Part shown: positions 49,394-63,363 of the stretch, piece by piece
How the letters are laid out: every line of letters starts with the position of its first letter
Position numbering within the stretch: position 1 is the stretch's first letter
Source: Yuukianura sp. NJ FZ-2021
Lineage: Eukaryota
NCBI GenBank assembly: GCA_046563655.1
Contig: CM102285.1
Span: forward strand, 9,238,001 to 9,302,000
Length of the DNA: 64,000 bases
Direction: 5' to 3'
Program-made: the position numbers and the translations under genes
Notes under the pieces: generated by a model
Told to the model about the DNA's origin: nothing
Database searches by the model: none
The model's input: only the letters and a program-made list of their open reading frames with translations

Positions 49394-52300
49394 TTAAAGT
49401 CTTATGGGAAATCCCTTGTAACAAAACTGTCTAACCACTCGTTAAATGATATGGATTTTTGGTTCCATTGTTTGTTCCTCGACGGCAGAATTCGAGCGTG
49501 ACTTCCGTCCATTATCCAGCCAGTATTCTAACCACCCACAAACGCTTCAACTCATCTCAGAAGGCTTAATTCCTCCCTTAATTCCACATGCGGAACGAAA
49601 TGACCTTGCGATTTTAATTAGGATGCAATTCCATGCCTGTTTAATTAGTCAAGGTCACCCTGTCATTCTGCCATTTTGAGTACTCAGCAGATGATACGTC
49701 GTAAAGATAAAATACAGACCGCTGTTTATTTTTGCAGTTCTTTTGTATTTTTGTAAACTTTAAAACTTTAATGAATCCTTAAATCTAAGTCGAGACGTAA
49801 AGCTAAGGAAAAACAATCCGGTTTTGGATGAAACATCGTTCCAATTAAAACAACTTTCCTTATACTCCATTGTGTATCTAAACTGGAACTGGATTTAGTG
49901 CGAAAACCAACAAAGTAAATTATCTTAAATTGAAATTTTTTCTTGCTATTGTTGGTTTGAAGGAAAGCCGCCGTAGTTTATGTAAACTTGTCGGCAGAGC
50001 CGAAAAAAAAACCCCGATGCGTTAATGACCTGATTAACTTTGGACAAATGACCTTTAGCGGACTTGGAAGTTTGTTAATTCTGTTAATTGCTAGAATTAA
50101 AAAAAATTAAGGAGGAAGGAAAGTGTTTAGTACAGAAAACAATGCAAGACCACCACGCCCTGCGTCGATAAGTTCAAAAACAACTTGCTCAACATTATTT
50201 TCTGAAACTTGGATCTTGGCCTGGTCACTCTCACTCTTGTAAATTCTCACAAAAAGTATAAAATTGCTAACTCAATGTGGCAGATGCTTTTGCCAGAATA
50301 GTGGTACATACAATTTGTTGTAGTATTATTTTGTAGTTAGTTTGTAGTAAGCTGATTTCTATTCGTTTTAAACTTTGACACAATTATAAGGAAATTACAG
50401 TTGCTCAATTTGCTATTTACCATTTGACATTGACTTTGTTGTTAAACGAGAGATAATTAGAGGGAAGGGGTTAACCACTGACCAGTAGCGATAGCTGGGA
50501 AACCGCAACAGAGTTTAGTCAGAGGAAGTATTACTACATGAAAAGAGGCCTTGCGAATTGTAAATTGCTGCAAAATCTTTGTTTTTGCGAAGCTTCCTGT
50601 TGCATCTGCAATTTTTTGCAAACTAGGAGAAAGGTTTGTTGGTGCAATGCAGTTTTGTGAAAGTTGAGTTTTTCGGCGGTGAGATTTGCTGCGGAGAAAA
50701 GGAGGAAAATTCGAAAGTTGGATTTCTCATTTCTCTTTCTTTTTTCACACATTTTTTCTTCCCTTTCTTTGTGATTTCGGCAGCAGCGGTACCCGCAGTG
50801 GAATGCTGCTTACTTCCTGTTTCATCCTTGTGTCTGAATAATTGGCATTGCTAATTGAGTCATTACAGTTAACATAGAAGTTACATATTTAGTGTAGTTT
50901 TAATTGTATTTAGTGTAAAAGTGGTCACAAACTGGATTGAATCGTATTTCCTTGATTTCTTGTCAAAACAACAACACGAGGAGACTGGACTTCCCTTGTT
51001 CACCCTCGCCGGGTGTGGTTTTTTGGTAAGTCATATGTTTTGTATTTTTTATCATAAAGGCTGTACAAGGCTCCAAGAGTGACTGATCGACCGGTGACTA
51101 ATACCCACCTACACATTACCCATCAATTTTTATATCAATATGCTATTTTTTGCTGTTTTTCTGCCGAAGAATGATTTACTGCAAAGTGATTTTGAAGAGT
51201 GGTACTTTATTAAGACGAGGAGGAATGATAAACGTTTGTTTACTCAATTACTATTGAGTAAAAGGTATTCGCTATTTCTTACACAGTAAGAGGTGGTGGT
51301 GGTACAGTAAGAGATGATCAGGAACGATGTTCGCTAGTGAAATCATCTACCATCTATCGATTCATTCTATTGATAAGTTTCTAATTGAAATTGTTTTTGT
51401 GTTTTTAGATTTACTTAAAGCATTTGAGTTAAATGAGGACGACGACGGGAAATAGTTTGGAAACAATCAGCAAGCGTTACTCTAGTTTTCTGCCTGGAAT
51501 TTTTCATCTTATCCGGCCCGCTCTAATGGGTTCTTGCACAACATCCTGTCTTCGTATCTGTAACCGTATTTCGTTCCTGCTGTTGTTGCACTGAAACATA
51601 TTACAGTATACCGGTCGGTGTTAGGTATGTAGCAAATCAGGAGAACCCTGCCTTTTCTGGTCATAAAATTATATTGGTTAGGTTTTTCAACGCTGTCATT
51701 AAAAGTCAAAAAGCGTTCCACCGCTTTTGCTTAATTTTCAGGGTTTCAAGGACATATGGACGGACACGTTGTTGTTCCACCCTAACTTTAGAGCTTTTCC
51801 AAGTATCCATCATTTTGACTTCCTGCTGGCACTTTTAACGTTGCGCACTTCAATGGTATTATCCTTCAAATCTTTTGGTTTGGCTAGGGTAGGCTAACGA
51901 CTAGTAAAACCGGGTAGGTTCAAATCAACCACCGTTGTTGCGTTGTTGTTGTTAGTCACAAGTCACTTCTTCCGGGTAAAGTGCCAAGAAACGGAAAACA
52001 GCCTTGTGCAGGTTTTGCGAACGGCGAATGTTTGCTGAACCTGGGTACTTGCCATTTTTAGAGCAAATGATGCCTCTAGGTCTAGCAGTAGCATCAGCCA
52101 AAACTAATTAAGGCCAATCTCTCACCTCTCTTCCAGGAATTCCTGCTGTCATATTACTATTTCATTTCAAAAGTAACAAGATTTGTGACATTGAGGTCAT
52201 TGGGAGAGGACGGTAGATGTCAAAATGTGATTGTGAAGATGAAATTCTGATTGATCTTCCGCATTGTACTCCACTAGTTCTCATCCCTACTCAATCCGAA

Positions 52301-54458
52301 AATAGATTCAATTCTTGTTTCTTAATATTCTCATGCTATCTCTCATGAGAAAAGTACCTCTTCATTTTTTCTTTTGTTCTTCTTTACCATGTATTGTTAA
52401 CATGTCGAAAATGCTTCCTCATCTCACAGCTTTTTTGAAGGAGGGTTGCATGCCAAAGACATGGAAATTCGCTGGGAAAGACTCTAATTTCTTGAATTTC
52501 TGTCACTGATGCTCATCTTTTTGTTTTTGCAGCTTAGAGATAGGAGGTTTGTATCAAAAAGAATCGTCCCAGGTTACTACACTGAAGCCGTCTTGCCAAA
52601 AGTTGTGCGTGCGTGATTCCTCACACATCAAGTTTTGTATTCTTCCAAAAATTATTTACATAGTTTTCTCACCATGAAATTCTGCAGAGGATGCGACGCT
52701 AAGTAGGGAGCAGTGTCCAAAAGCATCCTGGGTATATTTCACTATTATTCCAGCATCACCCGCAGAACCAACAGACCACTAAGTTTTGCACTTTTAGACG
52801 TCTCTAAAATTCACGGAACTTGAATCTTACCAGTAGTGTTTTCATCTCTGTGTTACAGGTAACACTGACGCTAAAAATAAGTTATGAGATCGTGTTGTGT
52901 TTAGAACTAATTAACAACAATAGTTTGCCAACGGCTAGGTTTTGGAAGTTAAATCTTGGTCTACATTTTGTTTCTGGTTTCAGTTTCATTTGAAGGACAT
53001 TGTCGATACTCCTGTACTTTTCAAAGGTTATATAGTTTGACCACGAGGTTATCCAGATCCACACCATCATTAACTTGACTGGAGCCGTGTTTATTAGACG
53101 TGTTTATCAATTTTCAAAACCGTGTTGAACTTGAATTTTTGTGGTTTGCAATAATTTTTAATTACCGCCAAAGTTGCGTATGTTGCTGTCTAAGGTCAGA
53201 CTCAACGGCCCCCCTCTGACTATTTTTTTCGTCCGCTGATTTTTAACAACTTTCATTTTTGCATTGCTTAATAACTGAAGCGTGGGGATTTTTTTATTTG
53301 TTTACAGGATCTCCACCTCATTCTAGAGTGACAACTTTCGGCATCCAATTTTTAAGCGTTGTCCTGAAGGGAATCTGAAGCACTATCGCAGAGGTGTGGG
53401 AAGTTGGTGGAAGTGATAATTGTAACACCAAACACCTTCAGATCAATCAAACGCCATCGGACCGGATCATCTTCATTTTCAGGAACATCATCATTTTGTA
53501 ATCAACAGCCGACGCCCACCAGAAAGTGCATTTATTCATAGACACTTCTTGCTTCCTGGTTGATCTCAAGTTCGGTTTGGTCGAAGTTGTCATGCTCCAA
53601 ACGCGACAACTCTGCGACTCAATGACCAGACACTTTACATTTTGTGAGAAGTATTTGCGAGATCTCAAGGCCCTGAAAGGTACGCTGAATCAACTTTTGA
53701 TTTGTAAACATTCTCTTTGACAATAAGCTGGGAACCGGTTTTGGGGTTTTACTTTTAAATTTTTATAACTTTTTGTCTTTTAGACGAATTCATTAAACCT
53801 AGGAGTTTTATCAAGTCATTAATGGCGGAAATCATCAAAGCAAGCTAAGAGCTAGAAACATAAGCAAGTCAAAGCTGCTCCACAGTCAAGTCAGTATTTA
53901 TTCACCGTGGATCTTCATCTTCGTCAACGCTACTGCAAAATACAAAACCACTTTATCTAATCAGCACAAGAGGCACTTTCTAGTGTAAAGTCTAACATAC
54001 CTGGTCCGTGGTCCACGGAAAATGGCAGGACCAACGACGTCATGATAATTCAGAAGTGCTTACCACCATTAATCAGCGAAGAAAGATAAGTTTTAGTGAC
54101 TAGTGTGGCAGTGCTGGGAACAATTGGAAAAATCTATTTGGATTCGGAAACCCCCGACTCACTCAAATGTCAATTCAGCAACCGGGTTACAAGGATTCTG
54201 CTCTAATTTGTGTGAAAGTGTTGATTCCCGTATTCAACCTAAGCTTCTAATCGATTTCAATAGTCTATCCCAGTTTAAGTTCCTAATTCCGCTAAGGCCA
54301 GTATCCTTGTCGATTTAAGTGATCTGATTAACCAAGAACAGTGATTTAGCTGCGTTGGACTGAAGAAGTTGATGCTAATGTTCCAAGAGACTGTGATTTG
54401 TCATTTATACGACAAACTTACTACGATTTGCTCTAAAAAGTGAATTTTAAAGAAGACA

Positions 54459-54555
54459 ATGGAGTTTGCTCAAAGTTTAGAAGAATGGGCAAAGGATAAG
54501 CCACTGAGCATTTTACAGTTGGATCCAGCAGATCGTGCTGTACTTCGAATTGCAG
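54459..54555 (+). CDS. shot: Spectraplakin (shot/dystonin/MACF) alternative first coding exon A
   Basis: MEFAQSLEEWAKDKPLSILQLDPADRAVLRIA, then a phase-1 donor (CAG|GTACG) compatible with exon 63302. LDPADRAVLRIA-DERD is the conserved spectraplakin pre-CH1 sequence. Not in the ORF track. Confidence 0.88.
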
Positions 54556-57500
54556 GTACGTCCTCGAGTCGAGGCATGATCTCATTATTTTTGTCCTTTA
54601 GTTAATGTGTAGTAACACTCAACTTAACGTTGAAATCTCAGAGATGAGTTTTGGCACACTCAAAGTCAAGGCGATGTAAATTGAGTTGATGAAAGTTTTA
54701 TGTCACCGAATCAAACTAATTTCTGTTTTATTTGTGACGGATTGCTGAATTTTGATTTCTCATAATCATAAGTAAGTAGTTTAATCGTGAATTCGAAAGT
54801 TGCGTTGAAGCAATATTTTACGCGCACAATCAATTGATTTTTTCTATTCACAGCAGTTTAAGAGCATAGTAAAACAGTAGTAGGAGTAAAGAAGCCTGGA
54901 GTACAAAAATGTACTCCGATTTGATTTTGATTTTAGTAAATACTTGGAATTGGGTTCAATTAAATTTCATTAAGGTTATGAACTGATTGTTGAAATTTTA
55001 TTTTCAACTCGTGTACGGATAATAATAATTTTTGCTGCTAGCGATGAGAACAGTTTGGTATTTGATTTGCGTTATGATTTTCTTAGTACTAGTATTTGCA
55101 TTTTCAAATTTACTTCGTATTTTTATTATTCGTCACTTCATAGCTTTCGAATTTCGATCTCTGACCAGTTAGCCTAGTTGCTTGTTAATTTCACTATTTT
55201 ATTACCCAGGATATTGGCATCATTTTCATTACATTTCTTTACTTAAAATTCTGGACGTCATTTCACACATCTTCTTTGATTTTTATGCTATGAAATTGCT
55301 AATTATTTGCGGAGAGGCGGGGATGGTAACACTAAATTGTGAATACTTTAATGAGATTTACGATTAATTTGATATTTCCGCTTGTATGTTTGTTAATTTC
55401 CTGGCACTAATCAAAATATGAGAATTTAGAGCTTTCTTGAAAAGTAAATCACGGTTGAGAAGTTTATCCAATTTAAACTGAAGTGGATTGTTTCACGATT
55501 CTAATTAAGAATGGTTGTGGAGAACAACACTTGGTGTTAAGTACTAGGACGAGAAAGAACCGAGTTTACTCAAGTAATGGGTGTCGAGTATTTACATACG
55601 TTAATTGAGTGTTTTATTAATTTTGGGAGGGTGCGCACTTAACAGCCAAGTGATGTCAGATTGCATCTATTTTTGTACCATGATGGACAAATGCATCTTC
55701 TTTGAAACCTAACAAGTTCCGATTTTTAAAACAAACCACTAGAATTTGATGAAGTATATGTCGGCGAAGGCGGATTAAGTGATGCGATGAGTATTTGCAG
55801 TATTTCTAGCGAATACTACGAGTGAGTAATTTTGATTTTTTGAGGCTTTGGATCCGTTTCTGCTTGATGACTTGGAAAGGGATTATGATAATATTTGGAT
55901 TCGAGTGTTAGAGAAAGCGCTAATCACAAATATCGCAATGTTGACGCAATTTAAGTGGACGTACGGATTAATGTTTCCGATGGAGTGCAAATCACAAGTT
56001 TTGGTGCGTAATCGCAATTTACTGGGCTTCATTTTACTTGTGTTTCGTAATTCGCTTCAATACGAAACGGCCTTGGATATTTCATAGAATTCGTATAGGA
56101 ATGCCGGATTGTTTTTACTTTTGTTTGTAAAATGGCGTACAACTGCTTCGTACAGTAGTTTATGTTGATTTTGGTTTTGCAGTTTTGGTGTTTTAACAAA
56201 AGTTATGCTTTTGTATACGCTCAACGCGAAGCGCAAAGCCGAGATTTTTGTAATATTTTGTCAAGTTCGTGATGAGCGTTGAAATTAAAATGTATTGTTA
56301 ACAGACTCGCAAAATTTATTATACAGTGTGTCGGATTAAAACTTAAAACCCATGTGTTTTACCCACCAACACTTTTGAACAATGGTTTGTAAACTTGGAA
56401 GTCTTAAAAAGTTGGTTTTTACCATATTTGTACTGCATTTACATTTGGATAGTTTTCATTTATGGAAATTAGCAACTCCCGAATTTTCTTTCTTAATTAT
56501 AACTTCATGTCTAACTGAAATAAAACTGTGATTTACCGTTTTGCTTGTTTTTAACACAAGTCACATCACAGGCCAAAAGAAATGGCTCAACTTTTCTGAT
56601 GAGATTTTTATGACTGCCGTATTTTCTTTGTTCATTACAGTGACAAAGTGACGGCGCTTTGTTCTAAATCTGGAACTGGATCAGTTAAGGAAAATGTAAC
56701 CATATGTTTATGTTTACGTTATGATTTTGCTATAAATTCTGGGTAGAAGGTTGCAAATCACTTGTCAAGTTAAAGAAATGATGTCACATTCGTCATAGTG
56801 GTAGGAATGCGTGAGAGACAACGGAAAAGCGACTTGAGTTAGTTAGTAAGATGAAGTCATAGTTGCAACTTCTAACCTAACAATGCTTCAAACTTCAGAG
56901 TATATAGGTACTTTTCAAGATCTTTTTATCAATGTGTTAATTTATTCACATCTTCATCCGCCATTTCTGAATCACGTAACATAGTGGTGTTTTATCATAA
57001 ACTTGAAGTCACTTTCATTACGTTCCAAGCGAAGTTTATGTTTAAGAACATCAACCATTCAAAAAGTCGAATTTCGAAATGAAAATATGAAGATGTACTT
57101 ATGGTGGCACATTTTTGCGCGCTCAATCTATCGTTTTGCAATTATTATCGGTTTTGCCTGGAGGCGGTAATCATTGTAGTCCCGTTACAAGCTAAACATT
57201 ATGTTGATATCAGTTGTGTTTTGTGCTGATTGTAAACGAAATTAAGACATAAAAAGTGTTTTTGTTGAGATTAGTCTTAACACAAAGGGGAATTTCGATC
57301 TAATTACAATGGTTTGTTTGTAGAGTTCAGTTCGAGAATGAATTGAATGGCGTCAAAAGTTCAAGTTAGTTTTGACTTTTTGTTTAGATTTTGGCCAAAG
57401 GGATTTGAACGGGATAATAGATGATTGGAGGTATTGGTTTTCATATGGGAGGGAAAGACGTGAGCATGTAATCAATGCGGAGTATTAAGGAAATAAATGA

Positions 57501-60270
57501 TGGAAAACTATCAGTTTTCCATTTAGCGTGACTCAACTTTTGCAACGAGTTTCCCCCTATGGAACGGAATTATGAATTTTCAAAAGAAAAACCTCCAAAG
57601 ACTGAGGTTACAAAGTCATTATTCCAAAAAATACAAAGGCGTGAGTTTCTTTTTTCACAAGGTTTTTATGTTAACCGGTTTGAACTTCGAAAGAGACTTC
57701 CAAGGTTTTCATTACAAATATTTTTGAAAGTTTTGCAATTTACTTTTCGTTTGGCTTTAATTTTGAACCAGTTTTAAGCCATGTTTATGGATGATTGTTG
57801 GACTTTGAGTATTTGCTTATGGTCTTCGTAATTTAACTTTGCTTTACTAAGGTTTATTCTTATTTGATCTGTAGTTAGGAAGACCAAGCAAACACGTAAC
57901 CTAATTTTAAGTTTTTCATAGAATGGGATGCAATTTGAAGCATTGGGAATTATAAATGGCGTTTAGACATTGGTAAATCCACTTACAATTTAAATGTGAA
58001 GTGGTTGTTGACTATTTGCGGCGTTTTAGAACTTCTGAGTTCTGTGTGTTTGCTGATTTTGTTTTTCACAATGGAGCTTTCTGGTATAGAAAAAAAAATT
58101 CTTACTGTGAAAAATTAGGAGCGGATTTTTGTTGCTTTATGGAACTTATGGAAATATTTTTTTGTGGGTGTTGGAAAGATGGACGGCTTGAAAAAAGGAA
58201 AGGGTGGAGATGAGGGCGAGGGAGATGTCAAATTTTAGTTGAACTTCGACTTTGATGACATGAAAAAAGTCAGAGCATGTATAGAAAATTTTGTTGAACA
58301 TTTTGTGGTCCTAGTCATTTCGGATTTGGTGAACTTGTCTTAATGAGTCATACCACCACCGTACCAACAAGCAAAATGCGAAAGGAGACGAGGTTAAAAT
58401 TAGAAACTGCGGCGGGGATTTTCGGTGACTGATGAACTCAAACAGTCAACAGTCCCAATGTAATAATACTTTTCAGTTTTCTTTCATTCATAAGGGCCAA
58501 GTTTTGCTGAAGAATGCAATGGATGTTGACGCCGAAACTGTTAGTATTGAAATATCCAGGAAAGTGGCTCGAATCGGTAAATTATTTGTAAATGACTTCC
58601 AGCAGATGCAATTCTGTGTATCTGGTTATTAATCCACTATAAGATTCAAGGCAAAAAATAGTTATAACAATGGCTGCGGCTGTTTTTAGTACTTACAAAA
58701 ACTTACAATAAATGCGGAAAGCAGAAAGTGTTAAAAAATATGCGGGGATTATTGCGTTTTGGGCGATTTGAGGCAGAAAGTGGCTCTATGCTTAGCTTGA
58801 ATTGAGACTTTGGGCCTCCCTGTCTCCCTGGTTATGTTTGAATTCCTATGCTCTTTTTGTTAAATGTTCCAAAGAAGGAGTTTTGTATTCTGGTCTAGAC
58901 CTTGTGCTGTGTTGTGTTGTGCGGAGTCGGTTTCGTGTTTTTAAACTTGAAGGTTTTAGTACTGACTATGAAGGCAGGAAGAGTAGTAGGAGGGAGAGAG
59001 TTTGTTTGAATTGTAAAACTATACGGCAGTTTCCTCTTTCTTGCTGCTAATACTTTTTAGTTGCATGGGGGGACATGGTGCTTTAACTTGGTGTAACTAG
59101 AGTTACAATTATAATTTTGTAGGAATCATAGTTAATTTTGGGCTACCACTTGAGTCAAAACGGCGGAACGGCCGGAATTGGTGACAGGTTTCTGCTCAAC
59201 TTTTTTGACAGTTTTTAGATGGAAATTTTTGGGAGTGATTTGTGCCGGTAAGGGAGGGTGGATTTGCAAAAACAGAGTGACTGTGCTGTTCAAGTCTTAT
59301 TTGGAAATGGAGCGTAGGTTTCAAGAGTGTGTCTACCTTAGAAGTTAGGGCTGAAATTGTGTGTGGGGTTTTTGCAGAAAGTTCCATTTGAATTGCTCAA
59401 AATTACAGAGGGCCAAAGTGCCTGTCTGAACCAATGAACTGTGTGAAGGAGGGTACCCTGCCCTCACCAAATCGCAAGATAGCCGATGTCCGAAAAAGGC
59501 AGAATGCAAAATCAGAAAAGAAATATGCGTTGGCGGCTGTTGTTACGAAGAGATGTTGAGAAGAGTCGGCAAGAGTGACTACCTCCGCCTAAACCCACTG
59601 TCAGTTCAGTTCAGTTATGATTTGGAAGTGCCAAAGTGGTGAGCTTCCGTAGGTCAAAGTTTTGTGAATTGGAACAGTTTCGTTTTTTGGGAGTTTGAAG
59701 TTTTTCAATTTTCGAATTTGAGGAACAATTTCTGAAAATTGTTTTTCTGCACAAGGAAGAAAACGGAGACACCACTTGTTGCTTTTTTGCTTTCCAATTG
59801 TTTTTGGAGGAAAGTGGTTGTGGAGAAGCAAAAAGTGTGAGATAATCATAACCTCCTGTTGACATTTCTGTGGTTATCTTCGAGATTTTTTCCGGTGAGG
59901 ACTCGTAAGGACAAGAGCAATGATTAGTGGAGAAAAAACTATGGTTTTAGTGAGCAAAAAAGTGGACATGATGAGTCTTCTTTTTAGCGTGAATGACATC
60001 TGAACTGTGTTTTTGACTTGTGATCCCAATAAACTTCGCAACCTCTCAGTAATTGATTTTTTGTAACGGACCATCACCACTTTTTAAGTCTTGTCCTCCC
60101 CTTAAGAACTTCAGCAGTCAACTTTTGAAACTGGACAGGATAAGATCAAGACAAGCAAGGATTTAAGTATTGAAAGTTGTGCGCGTTTTATAGTTTAAGT
60201 GAAAAGTGACTTTTCTGGTTTTGGCGACATTGACGACATCATCTTGTAACGGCGGGTGACCTGAGCAGAG

Positions 60271-60385
60271 ATGTCAGGTCACGGTTACTATAAAGATAGG
60301 CATGGCGTCTACGATAGAAACGGCGGAGAGGCAAGCGGTGGAGCTGAGAAACAGGCCTATGAAGAGAGCCTGACAAAGTTCAAAG
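60271..60385 (+). CDS. shot: Spectraplakin alternative first coding exon B
   Basis: MSGHGYYKDR...QAYEESLTKFK, then a phase-1 donor (AAG|GTGGG). Resembles the insect Shot N-terminus YYKDR...YEE.LT.FK-DERD as recalled. Confidence 0.85.
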
Positions 60386-61943
60386 GTGGGTCATGGCCAT
60401 GGGATTTGTGGACATTTTTTATCAACATCGTAGGTAATTGTTGGCCACTCAAAATTGGCAATCTATCTTCTTGAAACGAGTGCTGTTTTCTGCCGTGGTT
60501 TGATTTAACTTACAAGTTCAGTGTGTAATTACATAATTTGTTTTGTTTATTTTACTTTTTCCATGTCTCAAGGAGCAGAGGAGATCAAACTAATTAGAGA
60601 AATTGTTGATATAATTTATTAGTTTGCGTTTGCAAATGTCCTCAAGTTCTTTTTTTCTGTTTTAAATAACAGGTTTTGTGTGTAGTAGTTGCTGATTTTG
60701 ATTCTTGCGAATTATAAGTTGCCAAAATATTATTTGCATGCCGTTTTGGCTAATGGTGGCTTCTGAATTTCAGCGATTAGGAGAGTATAATGGAGGAAAT
60801 GGCAACGATTAGGATTAGGACATTAAAATGAAAATGGCAGGCCAAGACATTGACATTTTAGTGTTTTGATACTGATATGCTGCTTGACGCACTTTTTTCT
60901 TGTTAAGTGGGCGATAAGAATTGAGTATTGATTTTTAGTCATTTTGTGGATTTAGATAGCATTTGGTTTTTAGTAAGCTTTTCAGCGTCTTTTTTAAAGT
61001 TTTGTGATAGCGACATCTTGATTCTTGGCTGAAGCTGGATTTGTTTTACTTTTTATTGACTTACGTTTGGTTAGGTAATAAAAGTGGACTTGCTTCAGTG
61101 TTGGCAATTAAACAGAAACTAGTTTTTGGGAAAGAAAAATTAGAATATCATCCCAAGGTTTTACGAGCTTCACTGAAAAAGTGCAAATTCGCAACTTTCA
61201 TTTTTAAATTCCAACAACTTGACAGAGCGAGATGGTTTTCCTTTTAGGCGCCACTAAAAAAATATTTGTTTTGCTTCGGCAATTTCTAATGAATATTTAG
61301 TTCCGAAGATTTGAATAGTTTCAACGCAAATGGGTTATTGGCTTTGCCAATAAATAATTAAGTTCAATCAATTCTTCAATTCTGTTTTGCAGTAAATTGA
61401 AAGTTGTGTTGTAGAGATTGAATTGAGGTGGACATTAATTTCTTTCTGTTCTTTGTTTTTGATTTGGCGATGAATCAGAATTTAAGAGGCCTATTCATTT
61501 TGTTTAAAGAATTTAGTTTCTTAATGAAATTTCACTCACGTACAAAAGATTTTAGACTCATATTCACGGTAGACGTTGATCTGTTGTTAATCTTTTGAGC
61601 AAACTTGCTATCATTCTTGTTCCCTTTTATAATATGAAGTACGGTGACATCATATTTCGCAAGGAATTTGTGTAGAACTTAATAGTCTTAAAGTTAATAC
61701 TGTTCTTTTGTTAAGGTGTAGTGAATGATGTGATCTGATTAAACAGAGGCAGTTTTATGGCACAAGACTCCACCCTCGAGCTGTGGGAAAGGTGGGCTTG
61801 GTCTGTCTTAGAACAACAATTGAAATCAATTAGGAGACGGAATTTATTGGGAGTTGGTTCTGCATATATAGTACTGCAGAATTGACAGTCTAATAACCTG
61901 TTGTTCATGGTACAGTGTCCTCTAATACTCAGAAGATGCTTCC

Positions 61944-62409
61944 CACGGATGGGCAAGGATGGGGGGTAGCCAGGGAAAGAGGGGTCTGGCGGCCGAAGGC
62001 CGCCAGGAGGGGTCCGGATTTTGGAGCAAAAATTTGAAAAATCTTGGAGCCTAGATAGTCATTACGGCGTTTCCTGACCGTCTTAATCGTGCTCAAATTG
62101 ACTTTCCTTCTCAAAAATCTCAAAATTTCTTGCGCCTTCGGCGCAACAAATCGTTTTCGGGGTGTTTTAGCCTTCTAACCGGGGTCAAGTTAACTTTTAA
62201 TCAATGAAATCTCAAAATTTTTTGCACAAATATAGCTTTTGCGGTTAATTTCGTCGCCACGAATACATATTAGCATATCAAAAACGAAATTTTATTTGGC
62301 CGGAATATAATTTACGATTTTCCTAAATCCGATGACCGGGGGGGGGGGGGAGGGGTGTAGATCCCCTTCTCAGGGAGGGGTCTGGCGTCGGCGACCTTGC
62401 CCAACCGTG
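61944..62409. mobile_element. Non-autonomous hAT-type element (466 bp) with a perfect 8-bp TSD
   Basis: ATGCTTCC (61936-61943) | CACGGATGGGCAAGG ... CCTTGCCCAACCGTG | ATGCTTCC (62410-62417), 14/15 TIR identity. Internal hairpins GGCCGAAGGCC and GCGCCTTCGGCGC and a poly-G run. Confidence 0.9.
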
Positions 62410-63301
62410 ATGCTTCCATGTTTATTTGGAAGATGCTCTTAAGGGACTTGAAGTTAAGTGCACTTAAGATAAATTAACAACGCCGATGTGGACATGTTCA
62501 AAGACAAGTAAATATGGATTGGAAAAGAATTTAAAGGGAGATGAAGGCGTGGGCCGAATGGGTAATAATAGGAGAAAGGTAGTCTGTGTATTAATTATTA
62601 GTATAATTAAAATAATTACTACTTTAATTACACTTTGTTTTTCAGTAGGAGAGGGATTTTCTAAGTCTACGCGCCACTTTAAGTCGAATTGGTGTAATAA
62701 TTCATGTGAGGCACTGAGGCCTCTGTCATCAGTTGAGAAATGCGGTTTGAATACGAAGAACGGGGAAGAATGATTCATTTTCTTGAAAAAAAAAAATTAA
62801 GGTTGCAGAGTTGAAAGATGATTTGGAGGTTGGAGAGAGAATTTATTTGCATAAAATAAGAAAACAAAATGAAAAGAGGAGTATTACATATTTATATTTG
62901 CAATTGCAATGTTTTAATTCTTTAAAAACACCGGAGTTATTTTGTGTTTTGGAGAATTTTAAAAGTTGGTTTGGTTTAAAAGGTTGGTTAAAAAAAATTG
63001 AAGCAATTTAAAAGTTAGTTTACCAAAAAAACAGACGATGCTGTATAAAAAAAATTTTCAATTTTCTCAGAATTTGGATTGTTTAGAATTTCGGAATTGC
63101 ATTGATCAAATTCTTTTTATCTTTTTTTGCACTCTGTTCGAATTTTGATGAAAAGATTTTTTTTCTTTTTGAGATTTTATTCTTGTTATGAGAAGTTTCT
63201 AAATCGTCGATTGCCTTTTGGGTGTGCCAACTACTAATTCTGGAGTTGTTGTTTTTCAGGTTATTTTTTGAACAATGCTTTAATTTTGTTTTGTTTTACA
63301 G

Positions 63302-63363
63302 ATGAGCGGGACGCCATTCAGAAGAAAACTTTTACGAAATGGGTGAACAAGCACCTGACCAAG
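63302..63363 (+). CDS. shot: Spectraplakin shared exon, start of the CH1 actin-binding domain; gene continues beyond the window
   Basis: TTTTACAG|AT GAG CGG GAC GCC ATT CAG AAG AAA ACT TTT ACG AAA TGG GTG AAC AAG CAC CTG ACC AAG|GT encodes (D)ERDAIQKKTFTKWVNKHLTK. Confidence 0.93.

Noticed and set aside
51885..51935. GGTTCAAATC B-box-like motif suggesting a tRNA or SINE
   Set aside because: No A-box or cloverleaf could be built.
55000..63300. Numerous 60-100 aa ORFs in shot introns
   Set aside because: No motifs or compatible splice structure apart from exon 60271-60385.
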